Assembly (NCBI GenBank): GCA_964436855.1
Contig: CAYTED010000008.1
Coordinates: 4,158 to 68,157 of the forward strand
DNA: 64,000 bases
Direction of reading: 5' to 3'
DNA from: an uncultured Bdellovibrionales bacterium
Lineage (GTDB): Bacteria > Patescibacteriota > Minisyncoccia > Moranbacterales > UBA1568
The notes beneath the pieces are model-generated. The model saw only the letters and a list, made by a program, of their open reading frames with translations, searched no databases and was not told the DNA's origin. The translations under genes and the position numbers were made by a program. Below, piece by piece: positions 10,080 to 19,630 of this stretch (positions within the stretch are counted from its first letter, which is position 1; each line of letters begins with the position of its first letter).

Positions 10080-10463
10080 TCATCGGTTTCGCATGTAATT
10101 CTCGATGTATCCGATCAGTGTGTCATTGCTTTCTGACACCGCTTCCCAGCGGAAAACAACGTCGACCAATCTCGGCGCGCGATTAATGATACGCCCCCAA
10201 AACACAGGAGAATCGAAATTAAGAAACAACAATGAGCCCGACCACCCCTCGCCCGTCTTCCATTCCCCGCAAACAATGAGGCCTCGGTTCTCCTCCACCG
10301 GCAATTCAAGAATGGACCGGAGTAGTGGCTGAAGACTCTTACGCCGCTCAAGGGATGGCACGGCGATACCACTAAGATTATGCAAACCGAACTCAACTGT
10401 ATGACGTCCGGTCATAAATATTCTCATGGCATCCTCCTTTTGTGGCGAACAAGTACTGTACAA
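10080..10463 (-). CDS. Hypothetical protein
   Basis: 127-aa ORF filling the gap; AAGGAGG Shine-Dalgarno near the alternative start at ~10427. Confidence 0.45.
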   Translation of the reverse strand: MYSTCSPQKEDAMRIFMTGRHTVEFGLHNLSGIAVPSLERRKSLQPLLRSILELPVEENRGLIVCGEWKTGEGWSGSLLFLNFDSPVFWGRIINRAPRLVDVVFRWEAVSESNDTLIGYIENYMRNR

Positions 10464-10516
10464 CCCTTATTCTTGGCGCATATCTAAAGAACAGTCAAGT
10501 ACCAGCCTACCCCTCC

Positions 10517-10562
10517 TTGACTTTCTCTTGCTTTTTTTCTATAATTTGGACTAAAGAAGTCC
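10517..10562 (+). promoter_or_regulatory. Sigma70 promoter of the rrf2-suf operon with a palindromic operator
   Basis: TTGACT-N17-TATAAT (10517-10545), followed immediately by GGACT-N5-AGTCC (10548-10562). Confidence 0.7.
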
Positions 10563-10594
10563 TATTTTAAGAATTGCTTAAAAAAGGGAAAATT

Positions 10595-11008
10595 ATGAGA
10601 ATTTCGAAAAAAACGTACTATGGATTGCGAGCGATCGCGCTTCTTGCGGAGTATGGCGGCGAGCTTTCGGTTCGAGAAATATCGAAGTCAGAGGAAATGC
10701 CGGAGGATTTCCTCCACAAAATTCTGCAAAACTTGAAAAAGGCCGGACTCGTTACCGCCGAAAAAGGTGTCGATGGCGGCTATACGCTCGCACGCAAATC
10801 GCGCTGCATTACCGTCTGGGACATTGTCTCCACGCTTGATGGCGATCTTCGCTCCTTTGAACCGCCGAAACTCACCCAAGCTTCCCCCTACCCCAAACTC
10901 ACACACTGCCAAACAAACCTCGCGTGGAGAAAACTCAATGAAACCATAAAAAAAACTTTTTCAAAAATAAGCATTGCCGACCTCATTACCCCATCTCTTA
11001 AAAAATAA
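10595..11008 (+). CDS. Rrf2 family transcriptional regulator
   Basis: MRISKKTYYGLRA...LKKAGLV..EKGVDGGYTLA winged HTH; first gene of the suf operon. Confidence 0.9.
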   Translation: MRISKKTYYGLRAIALLAEYGGELSVREISKSEEMPEDFLHKILQNLKKAGLVTAEKGVDGGYTLARKSRCITVWDIVSTLDGDLRSFEPPKLTQASPYPKLTHCQTNLAWRKLNETIKKTFSKISIADLITPSLKK

Positions 11009-11031
11009 GACGCTCTCATCTCTCATTCAAA

Positions 11032-11754
11032 ATGCTCTCCCCTATGATTACACTTGAACACCTTACCGTTACCGCTGACAAAAAAACCATCCTGAAGGAT
11101 GTGTCGTTTTCATTTGAAGCTGGAAAAACCTACGCCCTGTTCGGGCCGAACGGTGCCGGAAAATCCACCCTCGCCTCGGTTATCGCCGGGCACCCGCACT
11201 ATGTATTGAAACGCGGCTCCCGCATTCTCTTCAACGAAAAACGCATCGATCGTCTCGCGCCCGAAGAACGCTCTCGTCTCGGGATATTTCTTTCGTTCCA
11301 AAACCCGCTTCCACTTCCGGGCGTATCCGCATCCAATCTCTTCCGCATTGCCTTCGAGCAGGAAGCTGCGCCGCTCCTCGTGCACCAACGCGCACTCGAT
11401 TATGCATTCGAACTCGGACTCACCGGACAACACCTCTCCCGATCGATGAATGATGGATTTTCCGGTGGTGAAAAAAAGAAACTCGAAGCGCTTCAAATCG
11501 CGATGTTCAAACCGAAATTTCTCATTCTCGACGAAATCGACAGTGGTGCCGACGTGGATGCCGTGAAAAAAATCGGCAAACTGATCGCACGATCCAAATC
11601 ATCCGAAACAACCACTATCATTATTACTCACTCTGAAAAACTCCTCTCGATTCTCAAGCCGGACCAAGTACTCGTTATGAAGGATGGCTCGATCGAAAAA
11701 GTAGGCGGTCCGGAAATGGTAAAAGAAGTGTTCCGTGAAGGATTTGAAGGATAA
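11032..11754 (+). CDS. sufC: Fe-S assembly ATPase SufC
   Basis: GPNGAGKST, GFSGGEKK and ILDEIDSG; upstream of sufB. Confidence 0.9.
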   Translation: MLSPMITLEHLTVTADKKTILKDVSFSFEAGKTYALFGPNGAGKSTLASVIAGHPHYVLKRGSRILFNEKRIDRLAPEERSRLGIFLSFQNPLPLPGVSASNLFRIAFEQEAAPLLVHQRALDYAFELGLTGQHLSRSMNDGFSGGEKKKLEALQIAMFKPKFLILDEIDSGADVDAVKKIGKLIARSKSSETTTIIITHSEKLLSILKPDQVLVMKDGSIEKVGGPEMVKEVFREGFEG

Positions 11755-11755
11755 A

Positions 11756-11907
11756 ATGATTTATGATTGATGATTTTTGATTTTAGAATAAACCTCATTT
11801 GATTCAGCCCGTGACAACCCATCAACATGAGGAATCACAATCATCCACTACAAATTCAAATCCCCTCCATATAAGTCCGATTCATAAATCATAAATCTAA
11901 AATCATA
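11756..11907. repeat. Inverted heptamer-array intergenic element
   Basis: Left arm ATGATTT-ATGATTG-ATGATTT-TTGATTT; right arm ATAAATC-ATAAATC-TAAAATC. Confidence 0.65.
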
Positions 11908-11941
11908 CATCAATTACTCAGAAAATGCTCTCACTAAAATC

Positions 11942-13348
11942 ATGAAACAATCCCCTCTAAAAAAATCGCTTGATTTCGACTATCGCTACGGCTTTGCTAT
12001 GCCGGAACGATCGGTCAAGAAGACAAAACGCGGCCTCACAAAAAAAACGGTCACGGATATTTCCCTTGCAAAAAATGAGTCTCAATGGATGCGTGATTTT
12101 CGATTACGTTCTTTTGAAGTCTTCAAGAAGAAGTCCCTCCCTGCGTGGGGTCCTGATCTCTCCGTGATTGATTTTGATACGATTACGTACTATCTGAAGG
12201 CTACTGAAAAACAAATGACGTCCTGGGAAGATCTCCCCGAAGAAATCAAGGAGACCTATGATCGAATCGGCGTTCCGCAAGCAGAGCGAGACTTTCTCGC
12301 GGGCGTATCGGCGCAATACGAAAGCGAAGTCGTTTACGAAAGCGTACGGAAAGATCTCGAGAAAAAAGGAGTCATTTTCTGCGATATGGACACCGCTCTC
12401 CGAAAATATCCGGAACTCGTCCGTGAATATTTCGGCACGCTCATCCCGCCCCAAGACAATGCTTTCGCCGCACTCAATTCCGCCGTCTGGTCGGGAGGCT
12501 CATTTATCTATGTTCCAAAAAACGTGAAGATCGATCTCCCGCTGCAAGCATACTTCCGTATCAATGCCGAACGCTTCGGACAATTCGAACGAACGCTCAT
12601 CATCGCCGACGAAGGAAGTTTTGTTCACTACACAGAAGGCTGCACCGCGCCGATCTACACCACCGCATCGCTCCATGCGGCTGTTGTAGAAATCTTCGTC
12701 AAGAAAAACGCACGCGTCCGATATACAACCGTCCAGAATTGGAGTAAAAATATCTACAACCTCGTGACCAAGCGTGCACGTGCTGAAGAAGGTGCTCTCA
12801 TGGAATGGGTTGATTGCAATATCGGCTCCGGTATCACTATGAAATATCCAGCGGTCTATCTCGCAGGCAAGGGCGCTCGCGGAGAAGTACTCTCTATCGC
12901 TCTCGCCGGGGACAAGCAAGTGCAGGATACGGGCGCTAAAATGATGCACCTCGCAAGCGATACCTCTTCTCGTGTCATTTCAAAATCAATTTCCAAAGGA
13001 GGCGGACAAAGCTCCTATCGCGGAATCGTCCACGTCGCTTCCGGGGCGAAAAATGTCCGATCGTCTGTCGTCTGTGATGCACTCCTTCTCGATAACAGCT
13101 CACGATCCGATACCTACCCCACTATGCGCGTTCAGGAAAAAAGCGCGGTCGTCGAACATGAGGCATCGGTCGAACGAATCGATACCGACAAGATGTTCTA
13201 CCTCCGATCTCGCGGACTCTCTGAAAATGATGCGAAGTCGCTCATCGTAAACGGCTTCATCGAACCGGTCACGAAAGAAATTCCCTTTGAATACACGATT
13301 GAATTGAACAGACTGATCAATATGGAAATGGAAGGAAGTGTGGGGTAA
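11942..13348 (+). CDS. sufB: Fe-S assembly scaffold SufB
   Basis: [33 protein letters not shown] and EHEASV. Confidence 0.96.
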   Translation: MKQSPLKKSLDFDYRYGFAMPERSVKKTKRGLTKKTVTDISLAKNESQWMRDFRLRSFEVFKKKSLPAWGPDLSVIDFDTITYYLKATEKQMTSWEDLPEEIKETYDRIGVPQAERDFLAGVSAQYESEVVYESVRKDLEKKGVIFCDMDTALRKYPELVREYFGTLIPPQDNAFAALNSAVWSGGSFIYVPKNVKIDLPLQAYFRINAERFGQFERTLIIADEGSFVHYTEGCTAPIYTTASLHAAVVEIFVKKNARVRYTTVQNWSKNIYNLVTKRARAEEGALMEWVDCNIGSGITMKYPAVYLAGKGARGEVLSIALAGDKQVQDTGAKMMHLASDTSSRVISKSISKGGGQSSYRGIVHVASGAKNVRSSVVCDALLLDNSSRSDTYPTMRVQEKSAVVEHEASVERIDTDKMFYLRSRGLSENDAKSLIVNGFIEPVTKEIPFEYTIELNRLINMEMEGSVG

Positions 13349-13350
13349 GG

Positions 13351-13452
13351 TTAATTTCAAATTTTAAATTATAAATTTCAAAATAAATTACAATGTTTTA
13401 AATTTTTAAAATTCGATATTATTTTAGAATTTGAAATTTATATTTTGAAATT
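13351..13452. repeat. AT-rich inverted heptamer-array element
   Basis: AATTTCA/AATTTTA/AATTATA arrays with a complementary TTGAAAT/TTTGAAATT right arm. Confidence 0.55.
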
Positions 13453-13458
13453 ATATCT

Positions 13459-14010
13459 ATGATTTTTACAGACATCACAACCGACAAAAAGACTCGCTAC
13501 ATTCTCAAGACTCACGAGAAGAGAATTTTCTTTTTTCTAAACCGATCAGGAGAGATTACATTCAACCTCACTGCACCAGGCGCCGAAGCTCACATCTACG
13601 CCCTCTATACCGGACAAAACAATGATTCGCACCAACTCACCATCAAGCAACACCACATCGCACCGGATACAAAATCAAGTGCGCTCGTAAAATCCGTACT
13701 TGACGATGACTCCTCCTTCTCTTATCACGGAACCATTCGTATCGAAGAAAAAGCCGCGCGATCGGAAGCGACACAAGAAAACCGAAATCTTCTCCTCTCA
13801 AAAACCGCCGCCGCTATCACGCTGCCGGTCCTCGAAATCCTCAATCCAGAAGTTGTCTGCCGTCATGCCGCAACCGTCAGCGCCCCAAAAGAAGATCAGA
13901 TATTCACTCTTGGGAGCCGAGGCATCGCAAGGGAAGCCGCTATTCATCTCCTTGCCGAAGGATTCAAACAAGAAGTCCTCGATCATAATCCGCATCATCA
14001 AACGATATGA
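13459..14010 (+). CDS. sufD: Short SufD-like protein (beta-helix core only)
   Basis: HIAPDTKS, QENRNLLLS, LPVLEI, CRHAATV and SRGI; located between sufB and sufS. Confidence 0.8.
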   Translation: MIFTDITTDKKTRYILKTHEKRIFFFLNRSGEITFNLTAPGAEAHIYALYTGQNNDSHQLTIKQHHIAPDTKSSALVKSVLDDDSSFSYHGTIRIEEKAARSEATQENRNLLLSKTAAAITLPVLEILNPEVVCRHAATVSAPKEDQIFTLGSRGIAREAAIHLLAEGFKQEVLDHNPHHQTI

Positions 14011-15263
14011 AATCATCGTTCCCTATTTTCAAACATGAGACAAATCTTGTGTACCTCGATTCGGCAGCGACAAGTCTCAAGCCGGAAACGGTGATCGCAA
14101 CCGAACGAGCATACGAGGAATCATACAGTGCCAATATCGCGCGCGGACTCTACCCTCTCGCCGACCGTGCCACGAGCGCTTTTGAGGATGCTCGCACGAA
14201 AGTCGCTCGATTTATCGGAGCTACTCCAGAGGAGATTATCTTCACATCCGGAACGACAGATGGGATCAATCTCGCGGCACAGATACTCTCCAGCGTCATC
14301 CCGAGCAAGGTCGAGGGATCTAAGATTCCTCCACTCGAAGACTCGGTCGGAATGACAAAAGCCAATATCGTCATCACCGAGCTTGAGCACCATTCGAACT
14401 TTCTTCCCTGGAAGGAACTCGCGCGATTAAAAAATATCGAACTTCGTATTGCACCGTTTACCACTGAAGGGCTTATCGATATTTATGCTCTTAGTTCACT
14501 CGTCGATGAACAAACGGTTGTCATTGCTTTCTCTGTTGTTTCCAATGTCTTTGGAGGCATCAATCCTGCCCACGATATTATCCGTCTTGCGAAAGAAAAA
14601 AATCCAAATGTCATCACGCTCGTCGACGCCGCGCAAGCGGTCGGCCATATCAACGTCAATGTACAAGAATGGGGCGCTGATTTCATGGCGTTTTCCGGAC
14701 ACAAAATGTATGGACCGACCGGTATCGGTGTGCTGTATGGAAAAAAAGAAATGCTCGAAACGCTCGCGCCAGTTACATTCGGTGGTGGCATGGTAACAGA
14801 TTCCTGTGCGCCAATCCCCGAGTATCGAGAAATCCCCTATCGCTTCGAAGCAGGCACACCGAATATCTCCGGTGCCATCGGGCTCGGTGCGGCGATCGAC
14901 TTCATCGAAAAAATCGGGATCGAACATATCCGTACTCACGATACAACAATCGCCAAATACGCCACCGAAAAACTCCTAGAAGCATTCACAGATACCATTC
15001 GCATTATTGGGCCGAATGATCCGGAGCGCCGATCCGCACTTCTTTCTTTTACGCTCAAGGGAATACACCCACATGATCTCGCAGCACTCCTCGGAGAGCG
15101 AAATATCTGTATTCGCGCTGGAGAACACTGTGCCGCCCCGCTCCACCGAGCCCTCGATCTTCCGGCTACCGCACGAATCAGTTTCGGGATATACACAACA
15201 AAAGAGGATATCGATAGACTGATTACCGAAATGAGTTCTGCAATAAAAATTTTAAATTTTTAA
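14007..15263 (+). CDS. sufS: Cysteine desulfurase SufS with an in-frame palindromic insertion
   Basis: YLDSAATS, FSGHKMYGPTG (PLP lysine) and IRAGEHCA. Confidence 0.93.
   Translation: MKSSFPIFKHETNLVYLDSAATSLKPETVIATERAYEESYSANIARGLYPLADRATSAFEDARTKVARFIGATPEEIIFTSGTTDGINLAAQILSSVIPSKVEGSKIPPLEDSVGMTKANIVITELEHHSNFLPWKELARLKNIELRIAPFTTEGLIDIYALSSLVDEQTVVIAFSVVSNVFGGINPAHDIIRLAKEKNPNVITLVDAAQAVGHINVNVQEWGADFMAFSGHKMYGPTGIGVLYGKKEMLETLAPVTFGGGMVTDSCAPIPEYREIPYRFEAGTPNISGAIGLGAAIDFIEKIGIEHIRTHDTTIAKYATEKLLEAFTDTIRIIGPNDPERRSALLSFTLKGIHPHDLAALLGERNICIRAGEHCAAPLHRALDLPATARISFGIYTTKEDIDRLITEMSSAIKILNF
14295..14356. repeat. REP/RPE-like palindromic element inserted in-frame in sufS
   Basis: GTCATCCCGAGCAAGGTCGAGGGATCT...AGATTCCTCCACTCGAAGACTCGGTCGGAATGAC, with GTCAT/ATGAC termini; encodes VIPSKVEGSKIPPLEDSVGMT. 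Confidence 0.75.
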
Positions 15264-15382
15264 TTCTGAATCTCCCTGCCTGTCGGCAGACAGGGGCTCA
15301 AATCCGAATTCTTCAATTTTCGAAATTTTAAACATTCGTTTTTCAAAATTCATTCGAAATTCGTAATTCGGAATTCAAAATT
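15262..15382. repeat. Intergenic element with a CCTGCCTGTCGGCAGACAGG palindrome and TTCGAAA/TTCGTAA/TTCGGAA heptamers
   Basis: Both motifs are directly visible between sufS and sufU. Confidence 0.6.
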
Positions 15383-15751
15383 ATGACGAGCATCTACCAA
15401 GAAATTATCCTCAACCACTATCGAAACCCCCGCAATCAGGGCTCTTTAGAGACGCCAACCCATACCGCCTCCGCGAACAATCCGGCCTGCGGAGACAAAC
15501 TCTCCATGCAACTTTCCATAAAAAATGGTATAATCGACGATGTGAAGTTTCAGGGATCAGGTTGCGCTATTTCACAGGCCTCGGCGTCAATTCTTACGGA
15601 CTTTCTCAAGGGAAAATCCGAAAACGAAGCGAAACAGCTGAAACAGGAAGATCTTCTTTCCCTCCTCGGAATAGAACTCTCCATGACTCGCCTCAAATGC
15701 GCACTTCTCTCGCTTGAAACCTTCAAAAAATCATTAACCAGTAAATTGTAA
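15383..15751 (+). CDS. sufU: SufU/NifU-like Fe-S scaffold
   Basis: YQEIILNHYRNPRN, NPACGD, GCAISQAS and RLKCALL. Confidence 0.9.
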   Translation: MTSIYQEIILNHYRNPRNQGSLETPTHTASANNPACGDKLSMQLSIKNGIIDDVKFQGSGCAISQASASILTDFLKGKSENEAKQLKQEDLLSLLGIELSMTRLKCALLSLETFKKSLTSKL

Positions 15752-15754
15752 GTT

Positions 15755-16024
15755 ATGGCTCTCAAAGATGATGCAAAGCCGGCAGGACCAATCACGCTGA
15801 AAAACGGCTGGACGGTAGAAGTGGATCAGAATGTGTGTATTGGAGCGGCTCCTTGTACCGCAGTTGCTATGAAAACATTCGCCTTGGATGCAAACGGAAA
15901 GGCGGAGATTCTTTCCACGGTCGATGAAGAAGATCCGGAAACAATCTTAAATGCCGCGAAAGCATGTCCTGTTGCCGCCATTATCATTAAGAATGCAAAG
16001 GGCGAAAAAGTATTTCCGGAATAA
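15755..16024 (+). CDS. Single-cluster ferredoxin (CxxAxxC...CP, probably 3Fe-4S)
   Basis: CIGAAPC and AAKACPVAAI. Confidence 0.85.
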   Translation: MALKDDAKPAGPITLKNGWTVEVDQNVCIGAAPCTAVAMKTFALDANGKAEILSTVDEEDPETILNAAKACPVAAIIIKNAKGEKVFPE

Positions 16025-16061
16025 CCCTGGAATCTGGAATAAGGAATCAAGAATCTGGAAA

Positions 16062-16100
16062 AACAAAAAACCTCACTTTTCCGAAAGAGGTTTTTTGTTT
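16062..16100. terminator. Bidirectional intrinsic terminator nested within GGAATCT/AGATTCC heptamer arrays (16027-16140)
   Basis: AACAAAAAACCTC...GAGGTTTTTTGTT. Confidence 0.65.
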
Positions 16101-16150
16101 ACAATAAAAATCTAGATTCCAAATTCTAAATTCAAGATTCTTGACATAAT

Positions 16151-16474
16151 ATGTCACAGAAATCATCCGAAAATCTTCTAGGATCGATCAAGGACGCACT
16201 CAAAGGAGTGATGGATCCCGAGCTTGGCGTTTCTATCGTTGACCTTGGTCTCGTATATGACATGGTCGTTTCGAAAGATGGTATCTGCCTGATTACCATG
16301 ACACTTACTACCATGGGCTGCCCGCTTTTCCCTGTGATTGAAAAAGATATCGAGAATCGTCTTATGGAAATTCCGGAGGTGAATGAAGTAAAGATAGAGC
16401 TCGTTTTCGATCCGCCGTGGACACCGGAAAAAATGTCCGAAGAGGCAAAGGCTCAACTCGGCTGGAATGAGTAA
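16151..16474 (+). CDS. DUF59/SufT metal-sulfur cluster assembly factor
   Basis: DPELGVSIVDLGLVY, TLTTMGCP and FDPPWTPEKMS. Confidence 0.9.
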   Translation: MSQKSSENLLGSIKDALKGVMDPELGVSIVDLGLVYDMVVSKDGICLITMTLTTMGCPLFPVIEKDIENRLMEIPEVNEVKIELVFDPPWTPEKMSEEAKAQLGWNE

Positions 16475-16477
16475 AAA

Positions 16478-16498
16478 AATCTCCCTTTCGGGAGATTT
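16478..16498. terminator. Intrinsic terminator hairpin between convergent operons
   Basis: AATCTCCC-TTTC-GGGAGATT flanked by an A-tract. Confidence 0.65.
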
Positions 16499-16510
16499 CT
16501 CATAATGTAC

Positions 16511-17371
16511 TTATGCAAATGTTTTTAACAGTTCAGTAAATGTTTCTTCTTCGAATGTATCTTGGTGGAGCGGTCTATCATTCGATCGAACAACGGTTTC
16601 GTACGGCTCTTTATCAGGATTTTTATAGATCACGCCAAGGGGCATTTTATCCGTTTCAAAAGCTTTTTCCATCGCCGCCATTCGATCGGTCGGGTCATAG
16701 GTTTCATCGAGCAGATAGGTATGTTCGGTAAACCATTGATACGTATTTACTTTATTGAAGACAACGCATGGCTGAAAAACATCGAGCAGCACGTATCCTT
16801 TATCCCAGAGAAGCGCCTGTTTGAAAATCTCTTTTGCCTGCTGAATATTTCCTGCATTTGCCCGAGCGACAAATGATGCGTCGAGCGATACCGCGACCGC
16901 AATTGGATTAAACGGGTCCAGAAGAACACCATTGACCTGTACCGGCGTCTGCAAGCCTTTTTCGGATGTCGGTGATGCTTGGCCTTTCGTCAGACCATAA
17001 ATCATATTGTTGTGCACGATATTTACAATACCGGAATTTCGACGAATGGTATGGACGAAATGGTTACCTCCTTCGCCATAAACACAACCGTCTCCGGATT
17101 CCGCAATCACTTTTAACTTTGGATTGGCAAGTTTGATTGCCGTTGCCGCCGGAAGTGACCTCCCATGCAAACCGTTAAACACATTCATACGAACATAGTG
17201 CGGCGTTTTGGCCGCTTGCCCGATACCCGATGTCATAACTATTTCTTCCGGCGAATACCCAAGTTCGGAAAGCGCCATCTTGAGAATAGAGAGAATGGGA
17301 AAATTTCCACACCCCGGACACCATGCAATATCAGTGTCATGCGGCATGTTAAATTTTTGTTGATCGGCCAT
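16511..17371 (-). CDS. 2-oxoacid:ferredoxin oxidoreductase beta subunit
   Basis: [31 protein letters not shown] and QPCVVFN. Confidence 0.93.
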   Translation of the reverse strand: MADQQKFNMPHDTDIAWCPGCGNFPILSILKMALSELGYSPEEIVMTSGIGQAAKTPHYVRMNVFNGLHGRSLPAATAIKLANPKLKVIAESGDGCVYGEGGNHFVHTIRRNSGIVNIVHNNMIYGLTKGQASPTSEKGLQTPVQVNGVLLDPFNPIAVAVSLDASFVARANAGNIQQAKEIFKQALLWDKGYVLLDVFQPCVVFNKVNTYQWFTEHTYLLDETYDPTDRMAAMEKAFETDKMPLGVIYKNPDKEPYETVVRSNDRPLHQDTFEEETFTELLKTFA

Positions 17372-17395
17372 ACGTCATGATTTAAGATTTTTGAT

Positions 17396-17788
17396 TTATG
17401 ATTTTAGAATGTCCTTCGATTTTTTGATCAGACCACTCAAAAGCTTATGTGCGGTATTCGCCTGTTCTGCAATCTCATGAAACACTTCTTTTTGTAGATA
17501 TTCTATGTCTTTCGCAAGCAACAACTGATTCTTTAATTCCGTAAGCGATCCCTGTGCTATATAATAAAAATGAACTTTTTCTTTATATGTCTGCCGACCA
17601 AAACCTTCAGCAATATTGGAAGTTATTGAAATAGCAGCACGCCTCATTTGATCAACCAAAGAATATACCGCTTCCTTTGGAAACTTCTTCGTTATTTTAT
17701 ATATCATGATAACAAGCTTGTGTGACTCACTCCAAGCATTGAGATCAGTAAATGAGCGTATCTTTACGATTTCAGATTTCCCATTCAT
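17396..17788 (-). CDS. Four-helix-bundle protein (23S-IVP/Avd-like family)
   Basis: SFTDLNAW, FPKE..YSL.DQMRRAAISI.SNIAEGFGR and GSLTEL; flanked by inverted heptamer arrays. Confidence 0.9.
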   Translation of the reverse strand: MNGKSEIVKIRSFTDLNAWSESHKLVIMIYKITKKFPKEAVYSLVDQMRRAAISITSNIAEGFGRQTYKEKVHFYYIAQGSLTELKNQLLLAKDIEYLQKEVFHEIAEQANTAHKLLSGLIKKSKDILKS

Positions 17789-17816
17789 AAATCAAAAATC
17801 CTAAATCTTCAATCAA

Positions 17817-19508
17817 TCATAGCTCCGCTATGATTTCTTCCGCTGAAAACGGTTCCCCGATATATTTCAAAATTCTCTGATCAGTCTTTACTTTTAATTC
17901 CTTCTCCAAGAGATCAGCAAACTGTCCCGTTGCATTGTTCTCAACCGTTACCACTCGTCTCCCGCGCTTGAAGTATTTTTTTGCATCGGGAGCAATTGGA
18001 TATACTTGAGAAAAATGGAGTACTGAACAGTCTTCCCCAAGAAGCTCTTTTGCTTCGAGCAGCACTCCTTTGGTCGAACCAAATGATACGAGAAGTGTTT
18101 TGCAGGATTTTTCATTTCCAAAAAAACTCGGCGGGAGCGCATCTTCCTTCAGTCCTGAGAGTTTCCCGAGTCGCTTGTCCGTCATTTTTTTGCGAAGATC
18201 GAAACTCTCGGTAATATGACCCTCCTCATCATGCTCGTCACTGTCAACCGAAACAATTCCTTCGCCGTACCCGGGAATACCCCGAGGAGAAACACCATTT
18301 TTGTCGGTATGGAGGTCATAACGTTTGTAGTCTTTTTTTGTCTTCACGGTATATGAGTGAATCGGGAGCTGCTTGAGGTCCTTGGGGTCGACAATCGCTA
18401 CCGAGTCGAGCAGGTACTGATCGGTCAGAATGAATACCGGAGACTGATATTTGTCTGCCATTTCAAATGCCTGCTGGGCACACACAAACATCTCCTCCTG
18501 ATCCCCCGGTGTAAAGATTGCCCGAGGAAATTCACCGTGTCCCGCATAGAGCACAAGATTCAAGTCTCCCTGTTCCATTCGTGTCGGAAGTCCCGTCGCC
18601 GGACCCGGACGCATACCGATATGGATCACCGCTGGAGTCTCGAGCATTCCGGAGAGACTCACCCCTTCGCACATGAGCGCAAACCCGCCGCCGGATGTTG
18701 TGACGATCGCGCGCGCGCCGGCATACCATGCTGCGACACACATATTGATCGCCGCGATTTCGTCTTCCGCCTGATCGACGACCATCCCAAACGGACCGCC
18801 ATTTTGTGCGAGAAAGGTGAGTAGTCCCGTCCCCGGAGACATCGGATACGAGGCGATAAAATTACATCCCGCCGCAAGCACACCGAGTCCGAGCGCCTGA
18901 TCGCCGGAGAGCAGGAGCTTTTCGTGCATATCGGTCGCCTTTGGAAGAGAAAGGTGGATACTCTCAGCGTAGGCGAGGTGTCCGCCGAGCGTGTATCCTT
19001 TTTCGGCAGCTTCGATGTTTTTCTCGACGACTTCTTCTCCCTTCCGAAGAAAACGATTTTTCAAAAATGTATGGAATTCCTCTTTTGGTGCCTTGAGAAA
19101 CCCAAGAATCACTCCGACCGCCACCGTTCCGGCGTATAGCGGACTTCCGATTTCATTGGCGATACTACTTATAGGAACATCGATAACATGATGCTTTGAC
19201 TGCACCACCTTGGTATCACCTAAAATAAGGGTCTTTGCACCAATGCGATCCTCCAAGTGAGGAATAACGTCCTTGTCGAGCGCAAATAAAATATCGATCC
19301 GACGCGTGTAAGAACGAGTCCCTCGAGAAGAAAGGCGGATCTCCGTTGAGTTTGAGCCGCCGCGAATCCGCGACATATATTCTTTCGACGCAAACACGCG
19401 ATATCCGTCTTTTTTCAAAACCGAAAGGAGCATTGCCTCCACCGTTTGAATTCCCTGCCCCGCCGCTCCGCCGATCACGATGGAAATATCTTTTGCAAAA
19501 TGCTTCAT
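17817..19508 (-). CDS. 2-oxoacid:ferredoxin oxidoreductase alpha subunit
   Basis: GGAAGQG, SRIRGG, YPMSP, QAEDEIAA, TTSGGGF and RPGPATG. Confidence 0.93.
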   Translation of the reverse strand: MKHFAKDISIVIGGAAGQGIQTVEAMLLSVLKKDGYRVFASKEYMSRIRGGSNSTEIRLSSRGTRSYTRRIDILFALDKDVIPHLEDRIGAKTLILGDTKVVQSKHHVIDVPISSIANEIGSPLYAGTVAVGVILGFLKAPKEEFHTFLKNRFLRKGEEVVEKNIEAAEKGYTLGGHLAYAESIHLSLPKATDMHEKLLLSGDQALGLGVLAAGCNFIASYPMSPGTGLLTFLAQNGGPFGMVVDQAEDEIAAINMCVAAWYAGARAIVTTSGGGFALMCEGVSLSGMLETPAVIHIGMRPGPATGLPTRMEQGDLNLVLYAGHGEFPRAIFTPGDQEEMFVCAQQAFEMADKYQSPVFILTDQYLLDSVAIVDPKDLKQLPIHSYTVKTKKDYKRYDLHTDKNGVSPRGIPGYGEGIVSVDSDEHDEEGHITESFDLRKKMTDKRLGKLSGLKEDALPPSFFGNEKSCKTLLVSFGSTKGVLLEAKELLGEDCSVLHFSQVYPIAPDAKKYFKRGRRVVTVENNATGQFADLLEKELKVKTDQRILKYIGEPFSAEEIIAEL

Positions 19509-19630
19509 GATTTCTCTTTATTTTCGTTTTACATTGAAATTATACCACGAAAATAAGTAGTCTACCGTCTCTCTAAAGGGCAGACTCTCAAATTATGAAT
19601 CTTGAATCCAGATTCTACATTCCAGATTCT

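Noticed and set aside
17396-17788. 23S rRNA intervening sequence
   Set aside because: No rRNA sequence flanks the gene; it lies between two protein-coding genes.
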